From Gnetum montanum (Eukaryota > Plantae > Gnetophyta): DNA of 64,000 nt. The DNA lies in NCBI GenBank assembly GCA_015680685.1, contig MNCI01001451.1, forward strand, positions 545,919 through 609,918. The letters run 5' to 3'. Made by a program: the position numbers and the translations under genes. The notes under the pieces were generated by a model that ran no database searches, was not told the origin of the DNA, and was given only the letters and a program-made list of their open reading frames with translations. Of the stretch, positions 60,913 through 64,000 are shown in pieces (position 1 is the stretch's first letter; each line of letters begins with the position of its first letter).

Positions 60913-63767
60913 ATGTTCATGTAGGAGTAGATTTTCTCACCTCTGGTCCTCACAAGACTTCTTGGTGATATCAAGTGATGCATTGACCCACATTGCCTAG
61001 ACCTTGAGCCTACAACCTACACCGAATACATAGCATCTACAGAGGCACCACTAGACTGGCCTGACCATCTAGTTAATGCTTTTAATCTTGAGGTAATGGA
61101 TGTCATAGAGGATCCACTCATTGGGATCCTTGTGGCTACACCTAATAGTGAGGCGAAAACACTAAAACTAAGCTTCTTGCTAGAGCCCCAATATGCCCAA
61201 GACATCGCTAAGGTGCTCAATGATAACATCAAGGCCTTTGCATAGTCATATGAGGACATGCCAAGCCTAGACCCTTAGCTATTCTAGCACAATATCATTC
61301 TTGATCCTTGCATGAAACTAGTAAAATAGAAAATGCACAAGGTTCAGCCTGAGGTGGCATTGGTAGTCCGTGATGAGATCACCAAGCTTTATAAAGCTAG
61401 TTTCAGCCAAGCTATTGGATATTTAGACTTGGTATCCAACATCATAGTTATTCCTAAGAAAAATAAAATCATACACATTTGCATAGACTTCTGGGACCTA
61501 AATAAGGTGACTATCAAGGATGACTTCTCGTTGCCTAGTATTGATCAACTGATCGATACCATGACTAGACACACCTTGTTATCCTTTATGGATGGGTTCT
61601 TGGGCTACAACCAAATTAGGATCAACCCTAAGCACCAACTTAGTACAACCTTTATGACTTCCTAGAGTACACTTTGCTTTACCATGATGCCTTTTGGACT
61701 CAAGAATGCAGAAGCAACATATCAATGCATAATGACATATATCTTTAGTGATTACATGTTAAGCTTGCTTAATAACTATGTTGATGACATTGCAATTAAG
61801 TCCAAGGTGGCCAACAACCATGCAAATGATCTAGAAATAGTTCTTAAATGTTGCTTAAAACATGATGTTAGGTTGAACTCCAAGAAGTATGTTTTCGATG
61901 TTAAAATGGGCTAGATGCTTAATTTTGTAGTATTCAAAGTAGGAATATGCATAGACCTTGATAAGGTTAAGGCCATAACCAACTTAGCACCCCTGGCAAA
62001 CCTTAAGAAGCTATGAGAATTGTAAGGTAGGTTGTAATTCATATGTAGGCTTATCACTTGGTTAATCAATAAGTTACAACCAATGCAACATCTACTCAAG
62101 AAAGGAACCCACTTCAAGTGGATAGCTCAATGCCAACAAGCATTTGAAAACCTTAAGCAAGAGCTGGAACAACTTCCCATAGTTTATCCTTCATAAGAAG
62201 ATAAACCTTTCTACATCTACCTTGCCACTTCTAACACATCCATTGCTTCTTTTCTTTGTCAAAAGCAAGATGATGGCACAGAGGTCCTGGTTTACTACTT
62301 GAGCCATGTATTAGTTGCCCATGAAGCAAAACATAACAACATGAAAAAGCATTACCTCACCTTAGTCTTCTTGTTGAAGAAGTGAAGGCATTACCTTTTT
62401 TATGGTCAAGCTAATATCATTTGCAAAAATAATGTACTTTGAACAATCACAGTCAACATCTACAAAAGAAATCATATTGTGTGATGGAAAGCAATAACAA
62501 TGGATTTTGATCTACATTACATTGTGAAAGCCTTAACAAAAGGTCAAGCTATAGTCACACAACTCATGGCTTCACCCATCAACAATCAAGCAACCATAGA
62601 CTCAGAATTCTTGGATGAGCATATCAATAGCATTAACCAAGTTCTTAACAACTATGAGGCACTCTTGCATTTCGATGGAGCTTCAACCTCCCAATGAGAT
62701 AGTGCCACTACCATTATCACATTTTCCTTTGGGAAGATCTAACCCTTTGCATATTTTTTTTGCATTCCCTTGCACTAACAACATGGTTGAGTACAAAGGT
62801 CTCCTCTGAGGTATTCTTACAACATGCGACTTAGGGATCTAACATGTGATCTGAGGTGACTTGCAATTAGTGATCAACTAGGTAACAAAGGTTTATGCCT
62901 ATAAGGCATAGCATTTATAGCCTTACTATGACTTGACAAAGCACTTGCTTTAGCACTTTGCAATAGCTGATGTCCAACAATTTCCCCAAAATAAGAATGT
63001 CGAAGCCAAAACACTAGCAACATTAGCCTTAAGCATCACACTTGACATGTTCCATGCATTGTCCACCTTGGTGGAAAATTGCATTGTGCCTATTACACAA
63101 ATCATAGATGTTACATCCATAGCAACAGTAATGACAACCCACGTAGGAGAGTGGTATGATGACATCAAGGCATACCTCCTACAGGGTGAGCCTCTGCAAC
63201 ATTTAACTACCATCGAAAAAGATGTAGTACATAAGTGTTTGTACAAATACATCATAGTGGATGATAACATGTTATGTCATAGATCCTATCATGGCATATT
63301 GCTAACCTACGTAAGCAATAGCGAAGTGCAAATGATTGTTGAATATGTCCATGAGGGATTGTGTGGAGGTCACATAGCACCTAGGGCAATGACAACAAAA
63401 ATTAGTTGGTTAGGCTATTATTGGCCTTACATGGAGTGTGATTGCATCTTGAAGGTCAAAATGTGTGAAATCTACCAATGGCATGGCAACCTAATGCACA
63501 TTCCACTAACTAAACTACACAGAAGATCACATGGCCATTCCAACATTGGGGCTTGGAAATCATTAGACCCATAACGCCTAAGTCCTCTACAGGGCATAGC
63601 TTCATAATAACTGCAACTGAGTATTTCACCAAGTGGGTTGAGGCTACTCCCCTTAGGAAGACAACATTGCAATAAGTGTGCAAATTCATGCTTGATAACA
63701 TAGTGACTCGTTTCAGCTTACCCGTGACCATCATGATAAACAACATGCCACAATTTAGTAATGTTGA
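60913..63767 (+). pseudogene. pol: pol of E3: RT, RH, aRH, truncated integrase
   Basis: ICIDFWDLN, FMDGFLGYNQI, YVDD, LHFDGAS, CTNNMVEY, HEGLCGGH. Confidence 0.92.
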
Positions 63768-64000
63768 CCCTCGAATTCTTGTTTATTTTTCATAAATCTT
63801 AGTACTTGATCATCGTCTTCAAATACTTGTAAATGTCTTATATTATCTGGTACTGATGGCTGATGTTCTTCTTCAATCATGACATCTTTGTAACTCTCTA
63901 ATAATTGCATATCCAATGTTGAAGCTGCCTTTTCCAAATCGTCTGCTATAAGATTCTCTGCTCTGTTTATATGCTCTATTTGGCAATGTTGAAACTGATC
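63758..64000 (-). pseudogene. aRH C-terminus of a different Tat-type element
   Basis: HINRAENLIADDLEKAAS followed by PSVPDNIRHLQVFEDD. Confidence 0.7.

Larger units (their letters stand above)
43526..63767 (+). mobile_element. Tat element E3 (5'-truncated LTR, PBS, gag with LINE insertion, protease, antisense gene, pol truncated in integrase)
   Basis: Collinear with E1 throughout. Confidence 0.9.

Overview
This is plant heterochromatin made entirely of nested, C-to-T-decayed retroelements. I see no host gene. The window holds five Ty3/Gypsy Tat-type elements with TGAAAC-type LTRs, a tRNA-Asn PBS where visible, and RT-RH-aRH-INT order where pol is present: E1 (1-15337, +), E2 (18106-25673, -, no pol), E4 (15338-27888, -, host of E1 and E2), E5 (42161-43525, -) and E3 (43526-63767, +). 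It also holds two Athila-like elements (A 27889-37714; B 37715-42160), an L1-type LINE with a 12-bp TSD (47329-53999), and an aRH fragment at the right edge. Highlights: (1) In E1 and E3, gag-protease and RT are separated by 5-6 kb that contains an antisense gene with at least six introns at matching positions in both copies. It encodes an FCP1/NIF-like pseudo-phosphatase, a plant-transposon (Transposase_32/env-like) domain and a coiled coil. (2) Downstream of zf-RVT, the LINE carries a similar plant-transposon domain, a coiled coil and an HPD-containing J-domain that the ORF track misses. (3) Motif arrays sit at fixed non-coding positions, and an element-specific ACGCT motif is shared between LTR and internal spacer. 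Together these suggest retroelement-encoded accessory or anti-silencing modules (inference). All domain calls come from reading motifs by eye, not from HMM searches.
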